Made by a program: the position numbers and the translations under genes | Shown: piece after piece, positions 34,283 to 46,935 of the stretch | Numbering within the stretch: position 1 is the first letter of the stretch | Layout: every line of letters begins with the position of its first letter | Notes under the pieces: model-generated | What the model saw: only the letters and a program-made list of their open reading frames with translations | What the model was told of the DNA's origin: nothing | Databases searched by the model: none | Assembly (NCBI RefSeq): GCF_009834535.1 | Contig: NC_045717.1 | Span: forward strand, 21,390,001 to 21,454,000 | Direction of reading: 5' to 3' | From: Camelus ferus | Taxonomy: Eukaryota | DNA: 64,000 nucleotides

Positions 34283-37200
34283 ATGGCGGGAGGGAGACCT
34301 CAGCTGAAGAGGAGCTTCTCCATTATTCCCTGCTTTGTCTTCGTGGAGGTGAGGATCACGCGCTGGTACCTCCCCGCCAGACCCTCAAGGGCACCTTCAG
34401 AAGTGGAGCTCCCGGTCTTCCAATCCAGCTCTGCCCATCTTTACAGTGGGACTCTGGGCACCTCATATACCCTCCTGAGCCTCAGTTTCCTCATCTGTCA
34501 AATGGGCATAATTTGAGTCCCTTTCTCCTGGGGCTACTATGAAAGTAAAATGTATTAATTCATGGAAGAGGTTTGGTGTGATGCCCTGCCCACAAGAAGC
34601 GTTAAGGCTGCTAGTACTTATATCAGTAGTATTCATTCTTTCTCTATTAGTCAGTCCCTCCAACACCCACTGTCTCTCTGAGCACTGGCCCTGTTCTCTC
34701 TCCCTCTCCCTAGTTCCATCTCCTATCTCCTCTTCATCTCTCCTTGTCTCTCTCCTTCTTGTCTCTTGTCTCCATCTCTGTGTCTCCATCTCCGTGGCCC
34801 ACCTCAGGCCTGACCCTCTCTCTCCTTTCTCCATCTCTCTCCCTGCCCTGGCTGGGCGACAGTCTGTGCTGCTGGGCATCGTGGTCCTGCTTGCTTACCG
34901 CCTGGAGTTCACGGACACCTTCCCTGTGCACACCCAGGGCTTCTTCTGCTATGACAGTACATACGCCAAGCCCTACCCGGGACCTGAGGCTGCCAGCAGA
35001 GTGCCTCCGGCACTGGTCTATGCGCTGGTCACTGCTGGGCCCACACTTACAGTGAGACTTGGGGTAGCCCGGCCTGGACTGTGGGGAGAGCCTCCCAGGA
35101 GGCAGGAGGGCCAGGTGGAGGTGGATGGGGGCTGGGCTTGAAGGCCAGGAAGACACCCCCCACCCCAACACCTTGGTCTTGCCCACAGATCCTGCTGGGG
35201 GAGCTGGCGCGTGCCTTTTTCCCCACACCGCCCTCAGCCATCCCTATCATTGGGGAGAGCACCATCGTGTCCGGGGCCTGCTGCCGCTTTAGCCCCCCGC
35301 TGCGGAGGCTGGTCCGCTTTCTGGGTGAGTGACTCTGCCAGGGGTCAGCTACATGAAGGCATATGGGCCGGGCTCAGCCATCATAAGAATCCCAGGGGGA
35401 AGAGGGCCTTGAACTGCCATGATAGTGACTTCATGCGGCAAAGGGGTTAGACATAGTGGAGGTTCTAGGGACATGGTGGGGGGGCGTCTAAGCAAGCCAT
35501 GCTGGCACCTATAAGAGGAGGGCCCCAAATTGCCACAAGGAGAGTCTCAGGCAGAAAAGACACAGGACAAATGCCAGGGGGCCACAGGGGCAGGGAGATG
35601 AGGACCCTGGCTGTGCTATGAATTTGGTCCCAGCCACAATTGGTGGACTTGGGGTAGCAGAAGGGCAGAGCTTGTCCAAAGTAGTGGTCCTTGTGGCAAA
35701 GGGCTGGAGATTCAGCTCTGGCTGATTGATGATCCAGGAGAAAAATGATCAATTCAGCAATCAATAGCGAGTCCAGGGACAGGTATAGGAGGCCCAGAAT
35801 TGCCATCAGTGTGGTCCTAGGAGGTCCCAGGCATGGGTCCAGTCCTGATGTAATGCTACTGAGGGGTCCCAGCCCAGCTATAATGTGTTCCAGAGGAGGG
35901 TCCCCTCCTGACATAGTGGTAATCCCAGAGGGACAGAGGCTAGAGGCCCAGAGTGCCATCATGGTGGTCCCAAGGGAAGAGGAACATGGCCCCACTATTA
36001 TGGGGTATGGTGTTAGGGGAAGTCCCAGGTGTGCCTTAATGGCAGGCATAGGAACAAGGAGACAGGGGCCCAGATGAGCCATAGAGGACTCACAGGAGGA
36101 CAGCCACCGGGGCATCAGGGCCCTGGCATGAACCCCTTCTCCCATCCGATTGCAGGGGTCTACTCTTTCGGCCTCTTCACCACAACCATCTTCGCCAATG
36201 CGGGGCAGGTGGTGACCGGCAACCCCACGCCGCACTTCCTGTCCGTGTGCCGCCCCAACTACACGGCCCTGGGCTGCCTGCCACCGTCACCGGACCGGCC
36301 AGGGCCCGACCGTTTCGTCACTGACCAAGGCGCCTGTGCCGGCAGCCCCAGCCTGGTGGCCGCAGCGCGCCGAGCTTTCCCTTGCAAGGACGCTGCCCTT
36401 TGCGCCTACGCCGTCACCTACACGGCGGTGAGCCCCGAAATGGGGGCAGGGTTGTACGGGGCGGCCTGCGGGCAGTGGACCCCCAGGGCTAGAGCCTACA
36501 GGGTTGAGGCCACGCCTCGTTGCTGTGACACCGCCCCTGGGGCGGAATCTACTCAGCTCAGGCTCTGACTCCTCCCCTCACCCGCTGGCCACGCCCCTAG
36601 CTTGAGTCTGGCTGTAGTCTTGACTGCATCACTTGGTATCTGCCCACGCCTCCTGACCTACTAGTGGCATGCCTGAAGGAGGTTATTGGTTCTTTGGACC
36701 GCAGGGCCTGGAGCGCAGGACTCCATCTCCTGACGCCAAGTTATGTCCCCTCGATGCTATAGGTCCTGGATATTTGCTGGGTGACTGGGTAGTGAGCTTT
36801 CAACTCCATTCCCTGGATCTCTTGTCATTCACTTTGTCCTTGCCCTTTATTGATCTGGCCATGCACCTGACTCGATTTTGCTGGAACTTCCTGACTTTGT
36901 CCCTTGCATTTCCCTGGTTGCACCCCCTGTTGCTTTGACTCCTTTTTCTAGCGTTGGGGATTATGCTTCTAACCCTATGGTCCCCAGGGGTTTGGGGACC
37001 ACCTCCTGGAGCTCCTGGACCTGCCTCTTGGGCCCTGACTCCACTCTCTGGTTCTGTGGCCACACCCCAACCCAGTATGCATCTTTCCCCATCTGGGACT
37101 GGTCCTCCAGAGACTTGAGCCCCTACCCACTGCTCTTTAATGCTCTGGTCACAACCCCATCCCTGCAAGGGCCCACTGGGGGTCCATGACTCCACTCCCT

Positions 37201-39016
37201 GAGCCCCTGTCCCCCTGGCTCTGTTCCCTGGAGCCCCTAGCCAGAGCCTTCATCGGCTCCTCAGGATTCTGGCCATGCCCCCTAGCCTCGAACGCAGTGT
37301 TCGGTTGCGTTTGGCGACTGCCACTGCCGTGTGTCCTCTGACCCATCTGGCTTTTGCAGATGTACGTGACACTTGTGTTCCGTGTGAAGGGCTCCCGCCT
37401 GGTCAAACCCTCACTCTGCCTGGCCCTGCTGTGCCCCGCCTTCCTGGTGGGCGTGGTCCGCGTGGCCGAATATCGCAACCACTGGTCCGACGTGCTGGCC
37501 GGCTTCCTGACCGGGGCGGCAATCGCCACCTTTCTGGTGAGCCTCTTAACATCTGTCCTTGTCCCAAGAGGCAGGACCATATGATGGTGAAGGGTGTGGA
37601 CTCTGTGTGATCTTGGGCTAGTCCCTTAACCTTACCTAGCTTGGACATTCTCATCTGTCAAATGGGATAACGGCACTGGGACCAGGATAAGGCAAGTGAG
37701 GCCCTCGCTTTGAGTACAGAACCTAAGAGTGCCAAAACACTCAATAATAAAGATAAATATTATTTTAATGAAGCATTTTTAAAAATTAATGCAAAAGCCC
37801 ATAATGTCCAAAACATCAAAGATTCAAATGAGGGCAGGATCAGATCCTGCTGGCACACGACTTGGCCTTGCTTATCCCCACCCTTGTGGAATAAATAATG
37901 ATAGTATCTATCCTTAGCAAAGTGGGAACAACAGGGTTCTGCACATAGTAAGCACCATTAAAGTGTTGTTTTTGAAAACCTGAGCCTCAGTTTCCCTGTC
38001 TGAAAAATGGGGATGGTAATTACCTTATTAGCCTCAGACCTCAGCCCACCCTTCTCCCTCTGTCACAGGTCACCTGTGTCGTGCACAACTTCCAGAGCCG
38101 GCCACCCTCTGGCCGAAGGCTCTCTCCTTGGGAGGACCTGAGCCAAGCCCCCACCATGGATAGCCCCCTCGAAAAGTTAAGTGTGGCCCAGGTAAGGGGG
38201 GCTGGGGGCTGCTCCCGGCTGGAGAGGGTGGTGGGTGGAGGGGAACCACGGAGGTAGACAGTCAGGCAGGAGATGGGGGGTCTCAGGGCCATGGATAGGT
38301 AGAGAGATCGCTTATCTCTGTGGATCCAGGTGTGCCCCCTTCTCCCTCCCAAGGGGACCTGGTTAATCCTGAAAACTGGTCGTCTTTTCCACTGGGTTCT
38401 CTGCCCGATGAGCCCCTCGTGGCTGTGGCCAGCGGGGCCCAGGGGGCCGCTAGCCCCTTCCCTCTGCCTCTTTGCTTCAGGAACCTGAGGCCTGCAGGCC
38501 GCATTCGACACCGGCACGGCTCACCCCATCCAGTGAGTGTCAAGGGAACGCGGGGAAGTGGGGGGACCTCCAGATGGCAGTCACTGCCACAGAGGTCTCA
38601 CCTGTGCTCTTGTGGCCCCCCTCTAATCCCCTGACTTCTGATTCCTGATCCCCAGAGCCGCAGAACTGCGCCCGCCGTGGCCACCTGATTCCCAGCTGCG
38701 TGTCGTCCAGGGCTCCAGCCATGTGTTCGTCGCCCCGTGTGCCCCGCCCTCGATTGAGGTCTGAGCCGACGCCCCTGCCTCTGCCCCTGCCCCTGCCAGC
38801 GCCAACCCCCAGCCAGGGCCCCTCCCCCTCCTCCCCTGGGCCTGGGGGGCCAGGTGGGGNNNNNNNNNNNNNNNNNNNNNNNNNNNNNNNNNNNNNNNNN
38901 NNNNNNNNNNNNNNNNNNNNNNNNNNNNNNNNNNNNNNNNNNNNNNNNNNNNNNNNNNNNNNNNNNNNNNNNNNNNNNNNNNNNNNNNNNNNNNNNNNNN
39001 NNNNNNNNNNNNNNNA
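34283..39016 (+). CDS. PLPPR2: Phospholipid phosphatase-related protein 2 (LPPR2/PRG4); long-isoform stop lies in an N gap
   Basis: Exons 34283-34348, 34863-35051, 35189-35324, 36156-36427, 37360-37536, 38069-38191 (alternative donor after 38175), 38481-38532 and 38656 onward. Short isoform is 343 aa with a stop at 38686-38688. Long isoform runs into the N gap at 38860. PAP2-like motifs are degenerate (FPCKDAA, EYRNHWSD), as known for the PRG family. AATAAA at 39948-39953. Confidence 0.95.
37673..37850 (+). mobile_element. hAT-Tip100-like DNA transposon relic
   Basis: ggataaggcaagtgaggcc followed by the AT-rich aaagataaatattattttaatg...aaaattaatgcaaaa. Confidence 0.45.
38860..39016. other. 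Assembly gap (N run) inside the PLPPR2 last exon
   Basis: 157 N following a G-rich run. Confidence 1.
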
Positions 39017-40639
39017 GAATCTACCCGGTCCCCATTTCTCCCTGCCACATGTGTGTGCGTGTGTTGTGTGAGTGCCAAAGCCCCTGTCCCCAAACCAGCC
39101 AGGCCCAGACATCAGAGGATGACTGGAAGGACATCTGAGGAACCCCCTGCCTCTCTTGCCCAATGGGACATCTTCCAAGTGGGCAAAATTGGGTGGGGGG
39201 TTCTTGCCTCCTAGGATTGACCTTTTAAGGGCCAAAGCCCCCCCCCCGGCCATTGCTCAGCCAGTGGGGGCCCCCCAGTTCTCAGAATTTTAACCAAAAG
39301 GAGTTTACTCCAGCCAATAGTAGCCTCCCCATTACTTCTTAGACTCCTCAGGCAAGTGGGCAACTCCAGCCAGTGTTCAGCATTTGAACAACCAATAAGA
39401 GTCCTTGGTTCTCAGAATTTTTAGGGTGGGTGGGTATGATTCCAGTCAATGGGGGACCACCCATGTCTAAGCATATACAAAGGAGAGGAGGGAGATGGGG
39501 TCATCCTTTGTCATTGGGTACTCTCTCCTCAGAATCAGAGTCCAGTTGGAGGGTAGGGGGCAGGCTCCCCCATGGCAAGGTCCTTGGGGTGCCCCTTCTC
39601 CTCTCTGCCCCTCCCCCACATGCAATCTCTCACCCAGTCCTCTTGACTCCTTACTTATGCAGGGCTTGCCCCAGTTCAGAGGTTTTGGGTTTCAGGGTGC
39701 TGTCTCCCCTTCTCTGTGCCCAGGCCACCTCAAATCCTTCTGTTATTTATTAGGGCTGTGGGAAAGGACTTTTTTCCCCCTTAGAACCCACCCCTGTTCT
39801 TCACACTGCCACCTATGCCTCAGCCTCATACAGTTGTGCCATCACAGAGGCATGGGTGGAGCAGAGAGGGTTCTCCACCCTAGGCAGCCAAAGGCTGTGG
39901 GCAGGGGAGACACTGCCCCCCCCCTTTCCTGCCCGCTCCTCATCTTTAATAAAGACCTGTTTGTAACAGAAGTTTGGCCACCTGCCTTCCTCTCCCAGGT
40001 GGCAGGGTGTGGAAGACTTTAATTGTGGGTCTAGGTATCAGTGAGGCTGGATGTGGAGGTATTGTCACAGTATCTAAGGGCGATTGTGGAGAAGCACTGT
40101 AGGGCTGTGGGATCTGTTACTTGGCTTCAAATCCTGGCTCAGCATTTTCTGGTTGTGTGGCCTCAGGAAAGTTCATTAACTTCTCTGTGCCCTTATTTCT
40201 TCATCTGTCAAATGCGAGCAGCCCCACAAGCCACATGTAAGGCACACAAACACACTGTGAGGGACCTCACTTGACTGTTTTCCCCAGATGGCTGGTCTGT
40301 TTCTGACCATGACCAGGGTGCAGAGAACACAGGGAATAATAGGGTGAGGGGACCCTAAATGTTCTAACGGTGAAGGGGATACTGAGGATGATAGGAACCT
40401 CCAAGCTGAACCCTTGAACTACATGGACTACAGCAGGGATTCTGATCATGAGCTTGTGCTGAGAACCAACCCCTGAGGACCCAACAGAGACCAGGGAAGG
40501 TAGTAGGAACAGGGAGCCACAGACCCCCCTCCCCCCACAAACATTTTAGCTCTAAGCAGCTTCAGACAGGCCATGCGGGGCAGAGTCAACCAGAAACTAG
40601 GAAAGGGGAGTCTGCTTTCCTTTGTTCCTCGTTTACTCA

Positions 40640-43000
40640 CTCATCCACCCACTTATTCATTCAACGAACACTGTGGGGCACCTACTACATGCCAGGTGCT
40701 ATTTAGTTAAGCACAGTGGCTGCAGCAAGTGAGCAGAACAGACACAAGATCCTGCCTTCATGGAACTCATGTTCTAACACCCGAGAGACAGACAATAAAC
40801 AAGGTATATAAGTTATACATAATACCACAGTTCCAAATTTCAAGGTCTGAAAACCAAAAATGTTTTCATAACTCATCTGTGGCAATATCTGGCCTGAACT
40901 GACATAAGGTTATTACAGTTTTTATTAATTTAACTTTATATGAATATTCTTATGTTTTGTTGCAGATAGTGTTTGGTTTCGAATGTCATCCCAGGTCCAA
41001 CTAGGGGTGTTAGTACATAGCATTACGTCTTTTGAAAATCTGAAAAATTCTGAACTCCAAACTCTAGGATCAAGGATTTAGGTCAGGGATTGAAATCTCT
41101 GATATGTTAGGTATTGATAAGTGATAAGGAGAAAACTCAAGCTAGAGAACACAATGGGGCAGCTTTGGAATAGGGACACGGTTTGCAGTTTAAAGGGGGT
41201 GGTCAGGGAAGTTCTTTTGGAGGAGTTGGCACTGGAGATGAGGTGTGAAGGAGGGAGGGAGAGGAGCCAGGCAAATATGCGCGGTCAGGGGCGGAGGAGA
41301 GTTCCAGACAGAGGGTGCAGCAAGAACCAAGGCCCTGAAGTGGAAACGTGTCTGCTGTGTTCACGGAACAGTGAGGAGACCTGTGTGGCTGGAGCTGAGC
41401 CAGCGAGGGGCAGAGGGAGAGGAGGTGGGGGAGGTGGTGGGGTTGATTGTGGGCCCCAGGGGAATTAGATGGGAGCATGAGAGGGCTGAAGGCAGAAGAG
41501 GGACAGAATCATGGAGTCCCCTGCTTCACCGCCCAGAGCTCCTGTTTCCAGGGATTGCACCCTTGAGACCCGTGGTCCCTCCTGTTGCACAGCTGCTACC
41601 ACTGCGGGCAGGGAAAGAAGCAAGACTTCAGCACGGTGGACAGCGCCCACCAGCCAACCCAGTTGGCGCTGTCCATGGTTCTGATGCTAAGCACGAGCTA
41701 GGAAAGGGAAAAGTCGGGGCCGCCAGAGGAGACAGCAGCCCTGGTCTTGCCCACACCCCACCCTAGGCTGGAAACTCTTAGGTAGAAACTCCAGACTAAA
41801 GTGTGCTTTCTTATTCAAAGGGCTTCTTTAATTGACCCAGTGGGTCTCATAGCCTGTCAAACTCAAAGGGACCAAAACCAAGCTCTGCTTTACAATGTAA
41901 GTCAGACCACAACCCTCCTCTGCTCAAACCCTCTCAGGGCTCCCCATGGCACTCTATGTAAAAGCCAAAGTTCTCCCAGTGCATCCAGGCCTTTACACTT
42001 GCAGGTGCTTCCACCTGGAATGGTCTTCTCCCACATATCTGCATGGTTCACCTCCTCAGCTCCTTCAAACCTTTTCTCAAATGTTACCTCCTTAGTGAGG
42101 CCTGCCCCTACCATCCTATTCACAATTGCAAGAACCAAACAACTAGCCTTTCTAACTTCCCTGTGCTAACTTTTTTTCTTCTTTCACACACTTATCATCT
42201 GCTCATAGACTATTTAAACTTCTCTTTATGCTTGGTGGCCATTATCTCCTCCCTCACTAGGATGTCAGTCCTCCAGGACAGAGAATTTTTGTCTTTTCAC
42301 TGCTGAACCCCTGTGCCTAGAACAGAGCTGGCCAGGCACACAGTAGATGCTCAAGAAATGTTTGCTAAATGAATGAACTAATCACTGGAGGATGCTGATA
42401 AACCAAGGAGAAGCACACACTGAACCTGAGCTGTCCACTTCCCTGTACCCTCACCCTTCAGTCCTGCCTCCTTCAGGGAGTCCCTCTATGGTAAGGTTCC
42501 TTCTATCAGGATGTGAAAATGGGATCTGGAGAAGTGAAAGAAAGAAGTACTGTGTTCATGAGAGATACACCGAATGTCTGCATCTCTGCAATGTACTCAC
42601 TCAGCTACATTTAGGAGCATCTACTGTATGCCAGGTGCTATTCTAGGAGCTGGGGACCCAGCAGTTAAAGAAAGATGGACTCTACTCTGGTGGAACTGAC
42701 ATTCTAGTGGGGAGAGAGGCAATCAAATTACTATATAAGGTTGGAAGTGATGAGTTGTTTGAAGAGAAAGATGATAAGCAGTTAGAATAAAGGAGGTGTG
42801 ACTTTACACGGGTGGCCAAGGAAAGCCTCTCTAAGTAGGTGATATCTGAGCAGAGACCTGAATGGAATGAAAAAAAAATGAGGAAGCTCTGGGAGCTGAG
42901 TGTTCTAGGCAAGAGAACAGCAAGGCAAAGGACTTGAAATGGGGCTATGTTTGGCATGCTCCCATGTACAAAACTGCGGAACTGCAATACGGGTGTCACT
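40640..43000. mobile_element. Cluster of L2 fragments and a Tigger-like relic flanking a unique island at ~41480-41800
   Basis: L2 3' motifs (cattcattcaacgaacact, gggtggtcagggaag, aggcctttacacttgcaggtgcttcc, aagcctctctaagtaggtgatatctgagcagagacctgaa). The Tigger-like stretch is at ~40830-41080. Confidence 0.65.
41627..41685. promoter_or_regulatory. Inverted pair of REST/NRSF RE1 silencer elements
   Basis: TTCAGCACGGTGGACAGCGCC (+, 41627-41647) and ATCAGAACCATGGACAGCGCC (-, 41685-41665), each one mismatch from NTCAGCACCNNGGACAGCGCC. Confidence 0.85.
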
Positions 43001-43087
43001 ACTAGGTGCCTGTGCATTTAGAGTGTTGCAAAGTGAGGTGAATCATGGGGCTGAGGTAGTGCATTTGACAATGCAATCTAACAGTGT

Positions 43088-43132
43088 GCTGTGTGTGTGC
43101 GTGCGTGTGCGTGCGTGTGTGTGTGTGTGTGT
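43088..43132. repeat. (TG)n/(TGCG)n microsatellite
   Basis: Directly visible alternating purine-pyrimidine tract. Confidence 0.9.
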
Positions 43133-44149
43133 AGAGGGGTGTGGGGGTGCCTAGCTGTGTGAGTGGGTGTATCATAGGATGTTGTTCAGCTGTGTTCTGG
43201 CCCCAGAGGGAGAGCGAAATCCCTGGAAATCACAGTTCTGCCCTGCCCCTGGGTCTCCTGGCAACAGCACCACTTTGAAGTTACCAGGAGACAGAGTTGC
43301 CAGGGCAACAGGGGCATGAGTGGCTGCTCTGGGGAGAAGTCTAGGTGAAGAGACCCAACCAGTGATCACTTGATCACTCACTTTGTTCCTCCTTCTCTCC
43401 CAGTTTTATATCGATCCTCCCTTCTTTTCTTCACTCACTCCTTTAATGAAACTCTATTGAGAATCTACAAGGCGCAAGGCACTGTTCTGGGAGCTGGAGA
43501 TACCAAAGTGAACGTGACAAACAAGGTCCTGTTGTGGCTCTCCCTCAGTCTCCCAGCCCCTGCCCCTTTGCCTCGTTTCTTCTGGCCCCTTTTTTGTTCC
43601 GTGGTCCTGCCTTCCCCCACCCTCGTACCCCAAGCAGGACTCCAGCAGGCCCCCAATCAGTGAGGAAGCTGAGACTCCCCTTCTCAGATCCTCGGAGGTG
43701 GCTGCTGCTGTTTTGCACACGAAAATCCACAAGCCTGCAGGCCCAGACAAACACTTGTGCAGGTACTCAAAAGCAGAGAGTGGAGCACACAGCTCATCCA
43801 TCTCTCCACCTCTCCACTGTCATTGGGTGACATCAGCAGAAACACAGATACATGCTCATCACAATATTCTTGAGATATCATGAGCTCCATATTACAGGTG
43901 AGCAAACTGAGGCTAGGAGACTTTAAGTAATGTATCAGTGATTAGGGCCTGCTCCCTCCAAATCTTAGCCCTTATGTTGTCTGATTAGCTGATTAGCTCA
44001 CAATAATAGTATTCGTGCTGCTTCCGCCGGCGGACTCACCCAGGGAAGAACCTTATCTCCCTCAAAAGCCTCCTTTTCTTCCTCAGACTAGGTTATTTGC
44101 CCCTTCACCAGGGAGGAGCTAGGAAACGTCGATTTGGCTTTGATGAACA

Positions 44150-44257
44150 GATCCTTGGACCAATGGAGAAGCTAAGTGCACTGTAACCAATGAGACCTCA
44201 TCTTGGGCGGGATTAAAGACAGGAAGGGGCCGCCGATTGGACAGAGGTACGCTGCGA
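44150..44257 (+). promoter_or_regulatory. SWSAP1: SWSAP1 promoter (NF-Y/Sp1 type)
   Basis: CCAAT at 44160 and 44187, GGGCGG at 44205 and ATTGG at 44236, immediately upstream of the ATG at 44258. Confidence 0.65.
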
Positions 44258-45607
44258 ATGGCGGAGACGCTGAGGCGGGTGCTCAGCTCAGGCAGCGCGG
44301 CTGGGACCGGGGAGGGGAACACAACTGAGGTCGGACCGCCTTTGCTGCTGCTCGGTGGCCCAGGCTCTGGAAAGACAGCCCTGCTATTCGCATCGGCCCT
44401 GGAGGCGGCAGGGGAGGGTCGAGGCCCAGTCCTTTTCCTGACCCGGAGGCCTTTGCAAAGCCTGCCTCGAGGGACTAGAGCCCCTCTCGAACCGCTGCGG
44501 CTACAGGTAGGGAGAGGCAGGACCAGAGGCGGACCAACCAGTAGCGGGGCGGATGGGGGAGTAACAGGTAGGCCGACCTATGGCGGAGACGAAGGAGGGG
44601 CAAGCCAGAGCAGCCTTTACGGGATAGATTCTGGAATGAGTCGGGGGTGGGACCATGCGAAGCTTTGTTAAGATTGAGTGAGAAACTACCCAATGATGGG
44701 GCGGAATTAGCAAAAGCCTGTGCCAAAAGGGTGGAGTCAGGGGCGAGGAAGGGGTGGGGCTAAATCTGGGTCTTGTCTTGGTTGGAGTTGGTTTCTGGGC
44801 AGCCAGAGTTAATGATAGGGTCCGACGCTACGGGCGGGTTTTCTGTGGAAAGACTGCCCTAGAGATTTGGCAAAGACGTACCTTTTCTCAACTAATACCG
44901 GCCAGTGGTGAGCGCTGTATTAAAAAGAAGGGGGAAGGAGAGGCGCAATCAGAATAGTATTCAACTACTCTGAACAGCTTCACTCTGGAATCACCGTCCT
45001 GGGGAGTGAGAGCCTCGTCCAGGAAAGTATGCAAGGAAGCAAACCGTCTATAGCTGGGAGCCTGGCTTCCTGTGCTGAATCTGACCCTTTCCTTTTTTCC
45101 TCTCTGTAGAAGATCCGCTTCCAGTACCCACCCTCAACCCGTGAGCTCCTCCGGTTCCTGTGCTCTGCCCATGAGGCCCGGGGGCCAGTCCCCTCTCTCC
45201 TGCTGCTCGACGGCCTGGAGGAGTACCTAGCAGAAGACCCCGGGACCCAGGAAGCTGCCTACCTGGCTGCCCTGCTTCTGGACACAGCTGCCCACTTCAG
45301 CCAGGTTGGGCCTGGCGGGGGCTGTGGGCTCATTGTGGCCCTCCAGACCCAGGAGGGAGACAGTGGGGATGCCCTGCAGCTTGCGCTGCTCCAGAGGTAT
45401 TTCCCTGCCCAGTGCTGGCTGCAGCCGGATGCACTGGGCCCAGGTGAGCACTGCCTCCGAGCCTGCCTGGAGCCAGGTGGGCGGGGCCCTAGGGCAGAGT
45501 GGTGGGTGGCTTTCCGACCAGATGGAGAGATGACAATCACCCCATGCCCCCACCAGCCTAGTAACCCCAGCTCAGACAAGGGTTCAAGCTCTGGAGGCCA
45601 GCCTTGA
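44258..45607 (+). CDS. SWSAP1: ATPase SWSAP1 (RAD51 paralog, Shu complex), 248 aa
   Basis: Exons 44258-44506 and 45110-45607. Walker A GGPGSGKT, Walker B LLLLD, C-terminus KGSSSGGQP*. Confidence 0.96.
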
Positions 45608-46295
45608 GCTTTGGTGTGTGACAAGCTCTCTGTGCCTCAGTTTCCCATGACTGGAATACCTACCTCAGGGACATGAGCAGATTCAAAGACCTAAAGATTA
45701 TAAAGTGCTTTTTTCTCTTGTAAACATAGCATTTTCACATCCATATTGTGCCCAGTCAATGTGTTGTTTAATTTTGCTGTTTTGAACTTTATAAAAAGAG
45801 TTTCATGATAAATGTAATCTTCTTAGACTTCCTTCTTCTCCTACTCAGCATTGTCACTAAGATAGGGCCACATTTTTTTCACTCACTCCTTTTTCCCTAC
45901 TGCATATAATTCCGTGGGTGACTATACCCCAATTTACTCATCAGTTTGGCTTACTTACTGCTATTAACATTCTTGCAGACATGTCCTGGTTCATGTATTC
46001 GAGGGGTTTTAGGGTAGATACCTAGAAGTGGAATTGCTGGGTATGTTCATATGTTCAGCTTTCCTAGGTTATGTGAAACTTTTAAAAAGTGGTTAAACCC
46101 AAACTCCCAATTCTAGCCACTTGATGACATTCGGTGTCATCAGAGTGCTTTCTTAGAACAGGGCTGATTCAGAATAAAGCCTTATGAATGCATGTTATTG
46201 TTGTTATTAGTGGCAGGGACTAGCTGGCGTTTCATTAAACAGCTTTTCTCTCCTGGGTGCACAGCTAAACTACATTTCCCAGCTGTCCATGGTTC

Positions 46296-46935
46296 TGTTA
46301 GAGGAGCCAGATAGTTAGATATGAGCAGAGAAAGGAGGACGCAGGCCAAATGGCAGGAATTGGGCAAAAATGGAGGAGCACAGGCCAAATGCAGAAAACC
46401 ATACAGCATGTAAACAACAGGGGTCCCTGGGCAGAGAAGGAAAAGGAGGAACCTCTGGGCTGATAAGAAACCACACATTTTGGGGTGACAAGTGGCCTGG
46501 AGGCCAACAAAGAAAGGTGGGAAAAGGCAAGAATCTCTAGTGTCCGAATGTAACCTTTTGCAACTTATGCCCTCATTACAATAAAATTAGCTTTGCAGAT
46601 AAGAAGTACCCATCATGCGCCGATGCCATGACACTTCCGATCCAAACTAAATAAGGATAAAAATCCATCTTCCCTTTGGGAAGGTGTAGTTGGGATGAAA
46701 ATCAGGGAATACAAACCCAAACCCTTCCCTCCCCAGTGAATAGTCTGCTGATTCATTTTTACGCTCTATGTAACCAACTTGCCAAAGAAACTCAGGGCAG
46801 CCACTCACTTGAGCCTGCCTGCTCTCCCAAGTGTACTATCTATCCTTTAATAAATCCCCATTTTACTTTCTTAACCTCTATGTCTTGTCTCTGAATTCTT
46901 TCTGCGACGAGACAAGAACCTGATCATTGGCAACA
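46296..46935 (+). mobile_element. ERV1-type solo LTR inserted in an MLT1 relic
   Basis: TGTTA...CAACA ends, AATAAA at 46849 and the U5 text ctctgaattctttctgcgacgagacaagaacc. Flanks GTTC/GCTC may be a 4-bp TSD with one mismatch. Confidence 0.75.

Noticed and set aside
35465-36235. 256-aa antisense ORF in PLPPR2 intron 5
   Set aside because: No recognisable domain and no splice or promoter support; composition explains it.
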